A stretch of DNA of 64,000 bases from Nitrospirota bacterium. GTDB taxonomy: Bacteria > Nitrospirota > Nitrospiria > Nitrospirales > Nitrospiraceae. A model generated the notes under the pieces. That model did no database searches, was not told where the DNA came from, and saw only the letters and a program-made list of their open reading frames with translations. Of the stretch, positions 40,401-48,045 are shown in pieces (position 1 is the stretch's first letter; each line of letters opens with the position of its first letter). The stretch spans positions 64,001 to 128,000 of the forward strand of contig CAVPBK010000001.1 of NCBI GenBank assembly GCA_963701855.1. Direction: 5' to 3'. The position numbers were made by a program, and so were the translations under genes.

Positions 40401-40426
40401 TTGGAAGTCTTTCGTGCCGCGGCCAC
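37364..40426 (-). CDS. CheB methylesterase-CheR methyltransferase-PAS fusion
   Basis: GASAGG, LSGTGSDG, LLIGVTSFFRD, WVAGCSTGEEAYS, SCRNLLIY, STNEEL coiled coil, PAS domains; GTG start with GAGGAG RBS (start uncertain). Confidence 0.92.
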   Translation of the reverse strand: MAAARKTSKRTAAAKTLVKPKSAKRQPVKATVSPTTPVPSLALPVTLPGFLIVGIGASAGGLEAMEEFFRHMPPISGMAFVVVSHQHAGHVSLLPSLLSKCTVMPVVEAKDGMEVEANGVYIASGGTNLAILHGTLHLMEPPSQDRVPLPIDYFFRSLAEDQKQRAVGIILSGTGSDGTVGLRAIKAESGMTIAQDPQSAKYQSMPRSAITAGVVDVVQPASRMAEPLYAYARSLTKPAQLLPERDASQTLRKIFILLRDRTGNDFSLYKENTIQRRIERRMNVHQIENLRQYLRFVLANPHELDALFQELLIGVTSFFRDPQAFEVLEQIVLPALVEGKSEDATLRLWVAGCSTGEEAYSLAILIREYLTKKKLRFTVQIFASDLDSRAIEAARTGLYPVGIAEDLTPARLQRFFTKEDSSYRVKKEIRDLVVFATHNILTDAPFTKLDLLSCRNLLIYLDAQAQHKILPLFHYALKPNGILFLGTSETVGEFEQLFTVIDRKWKLFRRTAETGTFPHLERFPGGLMRATTGTHAEDGVPLPTARLAKISDLIQQLLVSRYAPVAVLVNGRGEVVYTHGHTGAYLEPAPGPPTHSLVEMAREGLQHDLATALHQAASKEEEVVRRGLRVRANGSVILVNLTVKRIVDPEALQGLFMVTFETMQADNSAARKGTPAREAAPMKKGESRLLRELEFTKQRLQQTIEEQQTSNEELKSTNEELQSTNEELQSTNEELETTKEEMQSLNEELLTVNSELQGKLDALADANDDLQNLLNSTEIATIFLDNELHIKRFTLEAKRVSCLIAVDVGRPLSDIVSKLTYDRLSEDAQDVLQTLVVKEREVQASDGSWFFMRILPYRTGKNTIDGLVLTFQDITKLRNAEQVVRAAGGVAVSIVETIREPLLMLDDQVRVVSANQSFYRTFQVTPREVEQQLLYHLCAGAWNLPGLRHLLEEILPKNRSFRDFVVDQTFPHIGRRVLALNGRRLEQDLALPGRILLAMEEVKGQEEKVEAEAKVENERV

Positions 40427-40546
40427 AGAATCTTCTCCTCGGCATGACAAAATCCGCGGCATCGGGAAGTCGCGGTTCGCGCGCCCGCAGATGAGATGAA
40501 CGGATGATTGGGAGCCAGAGTCTAGGCCTTTTTTCAATATCAGGCA

Positions 40547-40562
40547 AGCAAGGCGATCGCCG
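40547..40562 (-). promoter_or_regulatory. possible sigma-54 promoter for cheBR
   Basis: Minus strand CGGCGA-TCGCC-TTGCT (GG-N10-GC, imperfect -24). Confidence 0.35.
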
Positions 40563-40583
40563 CTAGTAATGTCTCCCTCCAGG

Positions 40584-40601
40584 ACTAGGGGTCCTCCTAG
40601 T
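40584..40601. promoter_or_regulatory. palindromic box AC-TAGGG-N4-TCCTA-GT in the divergent promoter region
   Basis: ACTAGGGGTCCTCCTAGT; similar box at 41689-41710. Confidence 0.5.
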
Positions 40602-40719
40602 TTCCATGAACTGGTCCTGCCCTATACGTTACGCACTATCCATTTTGATCCATAGCCATTGCGCGTGACAGGTGGACATGACTCATCACCCATTTTCTTC
40701 TTGTCAGGGGGAGGACGAT

Positions 40720-40959
40720 ATGGCACAGGCCTATTTGATAGAATCTTCCATCCACCAACAACTCGATCGGGCCGGCACCTGTTCGCTGGATGAACTCGCA
40801 GCCCTGCTGCCCGGTTATTCCTGGGCCCAAGTCTTTGCCGCCGTGGACCGGCTGACCCGGGAAGGCACCGTCGCCCTCAAACATCCGGCTCCGTTCCGCT
40901 ACCTTCTCTCGCTCGCACCTCGTCGATCCGCCGAGGGAGGCGACGTGACGCCGGTCTGA
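40720..40959 (+). CDS. small hypothetical protein (possible winged helix)
   Basis: GGAGG RBS; CSLDEL...LP..SWAQVF.AVDRL.REG.V.L pattern. Confidence 0.65.
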   Translation: MAQAYLIESSIHQQLDRAGTCSLDELAALLPGYSWAQVFAAVDRLTREGTVALKHPAPFRYLLSLAPRRSAEGGDVTPV

Positions 40960-40974
40960 ATTCCATGCGAGCAC

Positions 40975-41550
40975 ATGACACCCAGCGTTCGAGCTGCTTG
41001 TGAGGCGTCCATGTCATTTGTTTCATCATCGTCATCCCTTCCCGCACCATCGAATCTTTCTTATGGGCCATGTCATCGTAACGAAGGAATCATCGCAGTG
41101 AATCAGGAACAGGAAGCGACCGATCCCGGCATCGTTGTGCTATCCCTTTCTTTGCAAGTCTTGCACATGAACCAGCGGGCGATGGTTTTGCTCAATCAGT
41201 TGGAACATACCGGACAGAGCGTCGGAGCGGAGCGGGTCTTCGCCGCTCCGCTGCGCCAGCATTGTCAGGCTATCATTGACACATTGCGGGCACGCATGGG
41301 ATCGAACAACTGGAAACAATTCCAGCAATCCCGCACGATCGGCGATTCAACCTACTCGATCTTCGCGAATGGCTTCGGTCTTCCTGACCGAAGAAGTCTG
41401 TCCTCTTCCAGAATCGTAATGCTGCTCACTCCGCACAACCAATTGCCGATGGCCGTGAATCAGCAGAATGGAATCCTCGGAGGAGATCTCCGAGGGCAGC
41501 CACGGGGGCGCAGAGTCACGGTATGCAATCGGCCTGTAACAGGATGCTGA
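40975..41550 (+). CDS. hypothetical protein (PAS-like N-terminal pattern)
   Basis: GIVVLS...QVLHMNQRA..LL; start uncertain. Confidence 0.5.
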   Translation: MTPSVRAACEASMSFVSSSSSLPAPSNLSYGPCHRNEGIIAVNQEQEATDPGIVVLSLSLQVLHMNQRAMVLLNQLEHTGQSVGAERVFAAPLRQHCQAIIDTLRARMGSNNWKQFQQSRTIGDSTYSIFANGFGLPDRRSLSSSRIVMLLTPHNQLPMAVNQQNGILGGDLRGQPRGRRVTVCNRPVTGC

Positions 41551-41688
41551 ACAGTCCGCCAGTGCCGCAGCCTCCCATGAAGGACCTACCCATTCCATCG
41601 AATGAGGCAAGAACGCCTTCTCGCTCTCCGGCAGATTCCTACGCAACCTCCCACCTGTAAAATTTGATGCTAGTAAATTGTTCGAGCG

Positions 41689-41710
41689 GAACTGGGGCGT
41701 TTCCTAGTTC
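41689..41710. promoter_or_regulatory. palindromic box GAAC-TGGGG-N4-TCCTA-GTTC
   Basis: About 100 bp upstream of 41809; resembles the 40584 box. Confidence 0.45.
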
Positions 41711-41808
41711 CGCAAACGGCTGCATGTTCTTATAACTATGCCTTCTAAGGATCGGCACATCGTTGCATCACTGTTCCTTGTCTGACGGACGAACGAAAGA
41801 AGTGGCAT

Positions 41809-42102
41809 ATGTCTCTTGAAGCATTGTTCCCTCAGAACACTCGTGAGGCGACTTTTGCACCGATGAGAAAGACGTTCATCGCACCGACATTGCTCCCCAT
41901 CTGTTGCGTCTGCGGACTCATTCGAGACGATAATAGCTTTCCCTCTAGCCTTGACTGTTGGCTGACGCAGCGGACGTATCGCGAGGCCCATGGCATCGAT
42001 CCGGCCGAGATCGCGCTCACACACACCTACTGTCCTGAGTGTTTCAGGAAGGCCCGAACTACAGCGCAACAGCACTTCAGGGAGATCAGATCATCGCCAT
42101 GA
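41809..42102 (+). CDS. small Cys-motif protein (LPICxxC..IRDD...THTYCPEC)
   Basis: Motif recalled from C-terminal tails of PAS/response-regulator proteins; here stand-alone. Confidence 0.65.
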   Translation: MSLEALFPQNTREATFAPMRKTFIAPTLLPICCVCGLIRDDNSFPSSLDCWLTQRTYREAHGIDPAEIALTHTYCPECFRKARTTAQQHFREIRSSP

Positions 42103-42458
42103 CCCTGCTCGCCGGCTCTTCGTACATCGGCTCCTCTCCCCCCGTCATGCCTGACACATCCTGTCAGACAGCAGACCGGAATAGGGAGTCGCACAACAAG
42201 GCATCGGCTCCACCTGGTAAATTCTGCCTGCGCTGCGGCGGATTGCTGGTCCTCTGTTATACGGCAAACTGGGAACGGGACGTCACAGGCAAACCCATGA
42301 CGCTCTGGCGTTGTGTCAACTGCGGCGACTGCGTGGATCACGACATCCTGGCCAACCGAATGAAGGGCTCTGGTTCGGCACGGGTGCGGGCACGACCACC
42401 AGCAGGGCCTCAATACATCGGATGGCTGCCCGGAACGAGAACAGGTATGACTCGGTGA
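42099..42458 (+). CDS. small zinc-ribbon-like protein
   Basis: CLRCGG...WRCVNCGD; ATGA overlap with the upstream ORF. Confidence 0.6.
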   Translation: MTLLAGSSYIGSSPPVMPDTSCQTADRNRESHNKASAPPGKFCLRCGGLLVLCYTANWERDVTGKPMTLWRCVNCGDCVDHDILANRMKGSGSARVRARPPAGPQYIGWLPGTRTGMTR

Positions 42459-42570
42459 GTGGTTCCTATGCAAGGATACAGGCTGAAGACTTAGGACCGA
42501 AGACTAAAAGCCTTCAGTCTATCTACCTAGGCCGTTACCTTGACTATGATAATCATGGAGGTTGAAGATC

Positions 42571-43566
42571 GTGAGTCCACATCACACAGCGGATCAGCTT
42601 TGCTCGATCATCCTGGCAGGCGGTGAAGGCACGCGGCTACGCGCGCTGGTGCATCGGTGGTTGGGCCGGCCCACGCCGAAACAATACTGCACATTCGTCG
42701 GCACCCGCTCCATGTTCCAGCACACGCTGGACCGGGCGAGTCGACTCACGCCGCCGGATCACACAGTCACGGTGGTCGCGCACAGCCACCGCCGCGACGC
42801 GCTGGCACAACTGGATGGCAGAGGCAGCAGCATGATTCTCTTTCAGCCGGCCAATCGCGACACGGCGGCCGGTGTCTTCTTGCCGCTAACCTATATCCGC
42901 GCCAGGGCCCCGCAGGCCACGGTGGTGCTCTACCCGTCGGATCATTTCGTCTATCCCGAAGACCGGTTCCTCGAGGCGGTCCGACGTGCGGTCCAGTTCA
43001 CCAAATCGCAGCCTGATCGGGTGGTGATGCTGGGCGTCGCCCCTGATCGTCTCGAACTGGACTATGGGTGGATCCAGCCCGGCCAATCCCTCGCCGATCT
43101 GCCGGGCGAACCGGTGCAGGCAGTCCGCTCGTTCCTGGAAAAGCCCGACACAGCGCAGGCCGATTCCGCCTTACGGGCAGGCGCTCTCTGGAACACGCTG
43201 GTGTTCGCCGCCAAGGTGGATCTGCTCTGGACACTGGGCTGGCACTGCCTGCCGGATATGATGCCGCTCTTTGAACGGCTGAGCCAGGTCATCGGAGGGC
43301 CCGAGGAGGGGCGCGTCCTCAAGGCGATTTATCGGGACATGCCGGCGAAGAATTTCTCCTCCGACCTGCTGCAGCGCGTCCCGGAGACACTGGCGGTCGT
43401 CGAACTGACCGGCGTGCTCTGGAGCGACTGGGGCAAGCCGGAACGTATTACCGAAACTCTTCGGCGGATCGATCGGCGACCGGCCTTTCCCTTGACCTGT
43501 CTCGATCGTCCGTTTGTCCCCCTCTCCGTGACTGCCACGGAGGGTGTGCTGCCCCTGAGTGTGTAA
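42571..43566 (+). CDS. sugar-phosphate nucleotidyltransferase (mannose-1-phosphate guanylyltransferase-like)
   Basis: ILAGGEGTRL, PKQY, QPANRDTA, PSDH, YGWI, FLEKP, WSDWG. Confidence 0.88.
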   Translation: MSPHHTADQLCSIILAGGEGTRLRALVHRWLGRPTPKQYCTFVGTRSMFQHTLDRASRLTPPDHTVTVVAHSHRRDALAQLDGRGSSMILFQPANRDTAAGVFLPLTYIRARAPQATVVLYPSDHFVYPEDRFLEAVRRAVQFTKSQPDRVVMLGVAPDRLELDYGWIQPGQSLADLPGEPVQAVRSFLEKPDTAQADSALRAGALWNTLVFAAKVDLLWTLGWHCLPDMMPLFERLSQVIGGPEEGRVLKAIYRDMPAKNFSSDLLQRVPETLAVVELTGVLWSDWGKPERITETLRRIDRRPAFPLTCLDRPFVPLSVTATEGVLPLSV

Positions 43567-43585
43567 TCCAAGGAAGGAGCTAGAC

Positions 43586-43855
43586 ATGAAGTCAGTCAGC
43601 ATTCGTTCGACAAAACCGGACCGGAAAACACCGGAACCCCAGCAACAGACCACAGGGCCGCCGGCCCAGAAACCTTACGTGCTACCGCTGTCGCCCTGCG
43701 ATGACCTGCATGTGCTGATCGCCAAACGGGCTTATGAGCTCCATGGTGAGCGGGGCTGGCGGCATGGGTCTGCGCTCGACGATTGGCTCGAGGCGGAGCG
43801 GGAGATTCTCAGCCAGATTTCGTCGACCTCTCAAGCAGGCAATGGGCACGCCTAG
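43586..43855 (+). CDS. DUF2934 domain protein
   Basis: IAKRAYEL..ERG..HG.ALDDWLEAEREI; AAGGAG RBS. Confidence 0.85.
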   Translation: MKSVSIRSTKPDRKTPEPQQQTTGPPAQKPYVLPLSPCDDLHVLIAKRAYELHGERGWRHGSALDDWLEAEREILSQISSTSQAGNGHA

Positions 43856-43900
43856 CGCGACTCACGAAGATGAACCCCCCACGCAACGAACTGTTCAAAA

Positions 43901-44911
43901 TTAGATGGGGCAGTGCTGCAATTCCTGCAGGAAATCCACAATCCGATTCTCAGCCCAGTAGGGATCTTCTCCATTGCGTGCCAATTGGAAAAACCCACAA
44001 TGGCCTCCATGTCGAGGTGCGATCATCCGAATCTTCTGGTGGCGCTGAATCAGCGGCCCCGTGAACATGGAGTAGGGAATGAATGGATCATCTTGTGCCG
44101 TGATGATGAGGGTGGGGACGGTGATGGAATCGAGCACACGGTATGCGCCTGAGCGATCGTAGTAGTCGGCTCCACTGGCGTACCCACCATCCGGGGCTGT
44201 GTAGCGGTCGTCGAATTCGCTGAGAATGCGAATGCGATCAAGTCCGGTCAGATCCCACTTGCCAGGAAAGAGCACCGCTTTCCGCCGCATGCGCCGTTTG
44301 AGTTGAGTCAAAAAGTGGTAGTGATAGACTCGGTTCCGAGGTGCTTCCAAGGCTTTGGCGCATTGCATCGGATCGATGGTCGGGCAGACCGCGATCGCGC
44401 CGGCCAACGCGGCTTCTGACGAGCCGGCTTCTCCGGCTGCTTTCAGGACGAGATTCCCTCCCAATGAATAACCGACAAGCCAGATGCGATTGAGTCCATC
44501 CATGCGAGCCAACTCATGGACGATGGTTCGATAATCCTGACTCAAGCCACTGTTGTACAGCGTCGGCGTGAGGTGTTCGGTCCCGCCACAGGTCCGCTGG
44601 TTCATCCGGATGACGTTGAATCCTGCACGATAGGCTTTTGCGGCGATACCGCGCATATAGTGAGACTCGCTGGAGCCTTCAAGGCCGTGCACGAGTACCA
44701 CGGTCTGGCATGCGATGCGGTGCGGCTGCCAGTGGCAGAAGCCGAGCAATTGGGTGTGAGACTCGGTGGTGAAGAGCCGAGACTCGGTCGGGACTCCGGC
44801 AAGAAGCGCTCGGCGAGGCCAACGGCCTGGGAGCACTGTCATGAAATGTGGATTGCGGAGCAAGGCTCCTGGTGTAAATTCTCGCCGGTCAAGTGACAGA
44901 GAGGTCATCAT
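43901..44911 (-). CDS. YheT-family alpha/beta hydrolase
   Basis: LRNPHFMT, HGLEGSSESHY, GYSLGGN, EFDDRYTAP, DDPF, GGHCGF. Confidence 0.9.
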   Translation of the reverse strand: MMTSLSLDRREFTPGALLRNPHFMTVLPGRWPRRALLAGVPTESRLFTTESHTQLLGFCHWQPHRIACQTVVLVHGLEGSSESHYMRGIAAKAYRAGFNVIRMNQRTCGGTEHLTPTLYNSGLSQDYRTIVHELARMDGLNRIWLVGYSLGGNLVLKAAGEAGSSEAALAGAIAVCPTIDPMQCAKALEAPRNRVYHYHFLTQLKRRMRRKAVLFPGKWDLTGLDRIRILSEFDDRYTAPDGGYASGADYYDRSGAYRVLDSITVPTLIITAQDDPFIPYSMFTGPLIQRHQKIRMIAPRHGGHCGFFQLARNGEDPYWAENRIVDFLQELQHCPI

Positions 44912-45039
44912 GCCCAAAAGTTCCGTGGACTAGATATCCGTTCGCAGAGTAAATTCATAAGGCCCTCCGAGTCAACAGGGGCGAGACATTCAGCTTCATG
45001 GATTACACCAAGCAGGGCGAGAAACGCAGGACCGGCGAG

Positions 45040-45151
45040 GGTTGATCTGGTTTGTCTGGGTGATTTGGTTCATAGGTTAGTTTCGTTCAACCAAAAACCA
45101 GACAGACCAAATGAACAAGACAAGCTGCCGGACTTTTCCAGCATTCTGCTA
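45040..45151. repeat. 9-bp-period inverted hairpin followed by a family-1 right end
   Basis: TCTGGTTTG-type units mirrored by CCAGACAGA-type units, then GGACTTTTCCAGCATTCTGCTAG; related copies at 56872, 57627, 61553. Confidence 0.75.
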
Positions 45152-45715
45152 GAGAAATTTCGCTTTGACCAAGCTCAATATCCGGCCTGCAGCATCGCCT
45201 GAGGAAGTGGTGGTGCTGTCGATTCGGAGATCCGGGTTGATCGGCGCTTCGTAGGGAGATTGGAGCCCAGGGACTGTAAGAGATTCTCCCTGCTGGCCTT
45301 TTCGATAAGTTCCTTTCCGGTCTCGTCCCATACAGATCGCGAGGGGACATTCCACGGACACCTCGATAAAACGAGGGATCACGGACTTCGCAAAATCCCG
45401 GTAGACCCGGCGGCTTGCCGTCGCATCGAAGACCACGGTCACACCATGTGCCACAAGTTTCTGTCCGGTGAATGCCAACGAACGGTAGAAAAGATCCCGC
45501 TCCGTTTCTGAGTAGGTCGGCGTCGGCGTGATGATCCGTCGGACCTCATCGGATTCCAACACCTCGACCGTCAACCCGAGCCCTTCGAGCTGCGGCTTCA
45601 AGGTAGAGACAATCGTGCTCTTGCCCGAGGCCGGCAGGCCGGTGATCCAGATGGCGAAGGCCAAACCGTGATAAGTGATGGGGGACGGGTGATCAGAAAT
45701 GGATGGCTCTTTCAT
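45149..45715 (-). CDS. adenylyl-sulfate kinase-like P-loop kinase
   Basis: IWITGLPASGKST, FIEV.VECPL..C..RD.KG.Y, PYEAP.NPDL. Confidence 0.85.
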   Translation of the reverse strand: MKEPSISDHPSPITYHGLAFAIWITGLPASGKSTIVSTLKPQLEGLGLTVEVLESDEVRRIITPTPTYSETERDLFYRSLAFTGQKLVAHGVTVVFDATASRRVYRDFAKSVIPRFIEVSVECPLAICMGRDRKGTYRKGQQGESLTVPGLQSPYEAPINPDLRIDSTTTSSGDAAGRILSLVKAKFL

Positions 45716-45757
45716 CGTATTCACTCATCATGGATCACAGATCACTCACTGCTTTCA
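45668..45757. repeat. 7-bp-period inverted hairpin spanning the kinase start
   Basis: GTGATAA GTGATGG GGGACGG GTGATCA mirrored by TCATCAT GGATCAC AGATCAC. Confidence 0.6.
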
Positions 45758-46843
45758 CTCCCGGCAATACTCGTTTACCCGCGACGGGTCGAAGCGCGGC
45801 TCATCCAGCACATGTTCGACAAATCGGAAGATGCTCCGGCGCACCTCGATTGGCAGCTTGGGGTACCACACAGGGCTCGCGATGACCAACCCTCGAAACG
45901 CAAAGAAGGGGGCAGCCGACTCTGTAACCGCATGATCGTGGCTTGCCTCCATATAGGTGTCCCAAAAGAGTCTAAACAGTACTTCCAACGGCCCCTTCAA
46001 GGTGCCCCAGCGACAGAGTGAGAAAAACAGATAGTTGACCGTCATCGAGGTCACGTCGTCCGCCGGTTCCCCCCACTCCCCTCGTGACCGGTCGAGCACT
46101 GAAAAATTTGTTCCTTTCCGGAACAAGACATTCCAAGGATGGAAATCTCCATGCACTTGCGACAGACGCTGGGTCTCCCCGTGCAGCCTCCAGCGCCACC
46201 GGTTGCAGGCATCCTCGATCCCGCGCAAGAGATCCGCCGATATAAACCCGTAGCGGTCTGGGTAACTGTCGGTCAGCCCCATAATACACTCGCCGTGGCC
46301 GATCAATTCCCGAAGCCGACGCCGATAGAGGGCGGGATCGCGCCGCTTTCTGGCATGGATCTCCGCCAGGTAGCGTGCCAAGGCTATCGTTCGCTTTCGA
46401 TCCTGTTTTCGAAGCCTTCCGCCTTTGGCCAATCGTTCCAGATCGAGATGATAACTGTTCCCCTCCATCCATTGGGTCAGAACAAAAAATTCGCGCGCCC
46501 GGGCCACCGAGATCAGCTGCCGATCGTCGGTAAAAGCCCCGACATCGAGAGCCTTCACATGGCGCGGTAGCCGGCCATAGGAGTCATAATCCCAGAGGAT
46601 CGCCTGGGCCCGGTCCGCCGGATGCTCATGACCGAACGGCCCGGGTTTCATGGTTTCGAGCACGGCCGACTGCGAGCGGCGTCCCACGCGGAACGTCAAC
46701 TTGACCGGGGTGCCATAGCCATACTGTTTCTGTGCCCCCTTCGAACTGGCCTTGCCGATCGCCTCGTAGGACACTAGCGTGATACCGGGGCCAAAACGAG
46801 CCCGGAGATACTGTTCAAGAGAATCCTTCCTCAGCATCGACAT
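45755..46843 (-). CDS. aminoglycoside phosphotransferase/choline kinase-like protein
   Basis: LAEIH, VHGDFHPWN, VLD....GEPADDV; start uncertain (46843 or 46837). Confidence 0.85.
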   Translation of the reverse strand: MSMLRKDSLEQYLRARFGPGITLVSYEAIGKASSKGAQKQYGYGTPVKLTFRVGRRSQSAVLETMKPGPFGHEHPADRAQAILWDYDSYGRLPRHVKALDVGAFTDDRQLISVARAREFFVLTQWMEGNSYHLDLERLAKGGRLRKQDRKRTIALARYLAEIHARKRRDPALYRRRLRELIGHGECIMGLTDSYPDRYGFISADLLRGIEDACNRWRWRLHGETQRLSQVHGDFHPWNVLFRKGTNFSVLDRSRGEWGEPADDVTSMTVNYLFFSLCRWGTLKGPLEVLFRLFWDTYMEASHDHAVTESAAPFFAFRGLVIASPVWYPKLPIEVRRSIFRFVEHVLDEPRFDPSRVNEYCRE

Positions 46844-46856
46844 ACATGCTGAGTCT

Positions 46857-46872
46857 CGCAAGTCACGTTCCA
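46857..46872 (-). promoter_or_regulatory. sigma-54-like promoter
   Basis: Minus strand TGGAAC-GTGAC-TTGCG (GG-N10-GC). Confidence 0.55.
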
Positions 46873-47113
46873 AGCAAATATCAGGTAAGGGGCACGAGGC
46901 CTGGGGCGAAAAGGAAAACAAAGAACTTGAAATCTCAGACCACCGGCCTCACATTCCGCCTGCCACTGGTGCATTGAGCTTCACTGCCAAGGCGGCCACT
47001 GAGGAGAAATGCACCACTCAAAACCAAGAGGAGTATTAGATGACCAGCGCCAGAGGTAAGAATTATCAGTCCTATAGCCTCAAATCTCTAGCCTCTCGCG
47101 CCCTCTCAAAAGG

Positions 47114-47129
47114 CGGCACATCGCTTGCT
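47114..47129 (+). promoter_or_regulatory. sigma-54 promoter
   Basis: CGGCAC-ATCGC-TTGCT (GG-N10-GC). Confidence 0.65.
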
Positions 47130-47146
47130 GATATCAACCACTAGAG

Positions 47147-47259
47147 CAGGCTGAGGTCGATGTCAAGATTGAGCACTGATCTTGACATTATCATCATAGG
47201 TTCAGCCTTAGCCTGAACCTCAACCTTCTCCATAGTGGCGGATTTTTCAGCATTCTGCT
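47147..47259. repeat. 6-bp-period hairpin with family-1 right end
   Basis: AGGCTG AGGTCG ATGTCA AGATTG ... CAGCCT TAGCCT GAACCT CAACCT, then GGCGGATTTTTCAGCATTCTGC. Confidence 0.6.
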
Positions 47260-47274
47260 CGAGGGAGGTACTGC

Positions 47275-47439
47275 ATGCCCATGTATGACTATAATTGTCT
47301 GGACTGCGGGAAGGAATCGTTGGTGGTCTTGACGCTCATGCAACATGAAACGAACCGCGTGACATGCCCCAAATGCGGCAGCACCAAGATGCAGCAACTC
47401 TATTCGTCGTTTGTTGCCCACACGACCAAGAAGAGCTAG
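47275..47439 (+). CDS. FmdB-family zinc-ribbon protein (54 aa, absent from the ORF track)
   Basis: MPMYDYNCLDCGK...VTCPKCGSTKMQQLYSSF; GAGGGAGG RBS. Confidence 0.88.
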   Translation: MPMYDYNCLDCGKESLVVLTLMQHETNRVTCPKCGSTKMQQLYSSFVAHTTKKS

Positions 47440-47448
47440 GAGACCGTG

Positions 47449-47832
47449 ATGCGCGTCATCTCTCGGAACACAATGTCAGTACTCAGCGTCACCTTGGGCA
47501 TGGGATTCGCCTGCCTCTTACTCGTCCCACTCCTCCAAGCGCAAGAGTATCCGTCCGATGTCACACGCGGCAAAGCCGTGTATGAGCGCCATTGCCAGAG
47601 CTGCCACGGTGTCGCAGGCTGGGGGGATGGGCCGGACGCGCAAGCCCTCAAGGTGGCACCAGCCAACTTCCACCGTTTTTCGTCCTTTCTGAAATCTGAC
47701 GAAGAATTGCTGCGGACCATTGAACATGGGGTCGTCTTCAGCCCCATGCATTCATGGCGTGGCCAGTTGACGGACGGGGAAATGCGGGACGTGGTGGCCT
47801 ATATTCGTCTGTTATCCCAAAAGGGGCGTTAG
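47449..47832 (+). CDS. monoheme cytochrome c
   Basis: Signal peptide, CQSCH, G.GDGP.A..L...PANF, distal Met in SPMHSW. Confidence 0.9.
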   Translation: MRVISRNTMSVLSVTLGMGFACLLLVPLLQAQEYPSDVTRGKAVYERHCQSCHGVAGWGDGPDAQALKVAPANFHRFSSFLKSDEELLRTIEHGVVFSPMHSWRGQLTDGEMRDVVAYIRLLSQKGR

Positions 47833-48018
47833 CAAGGAGAGGGATAGCCCGGGGAGCCCCCTGTGCTCGCGCAACGCGCGGTCTGAGAAGACCCTCGTTG
47901 GACATGTGCAGTGGGAGACCATCCGAGCCATTCTGGGAAAACGTCAACGAGCAAGTTTGGAAAAGCTATCGTTAGTTGCTCACTCCGGCCTTGCTGAACT
48001 GCCTTTTGAGCATCCTGC
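47833..48018 (-). mobile_element. MITE-like family 1 element with module A (reverse orientation)
   Basis: Reverse complement aligns with 55424-55632; end TTTTGAGCATCCTGC. Confidence 0.75.
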
Positions 48019-48045
48019 CGAAAAATATTCCCACGGAGACACCAC

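Noticed and set aside
41753..41767. Sigma-54-like CGGCAC-ATCG-TTGCA
   Set aside because: GG-to-GC spacing is 9 rather than the required 10; at best a decayed site
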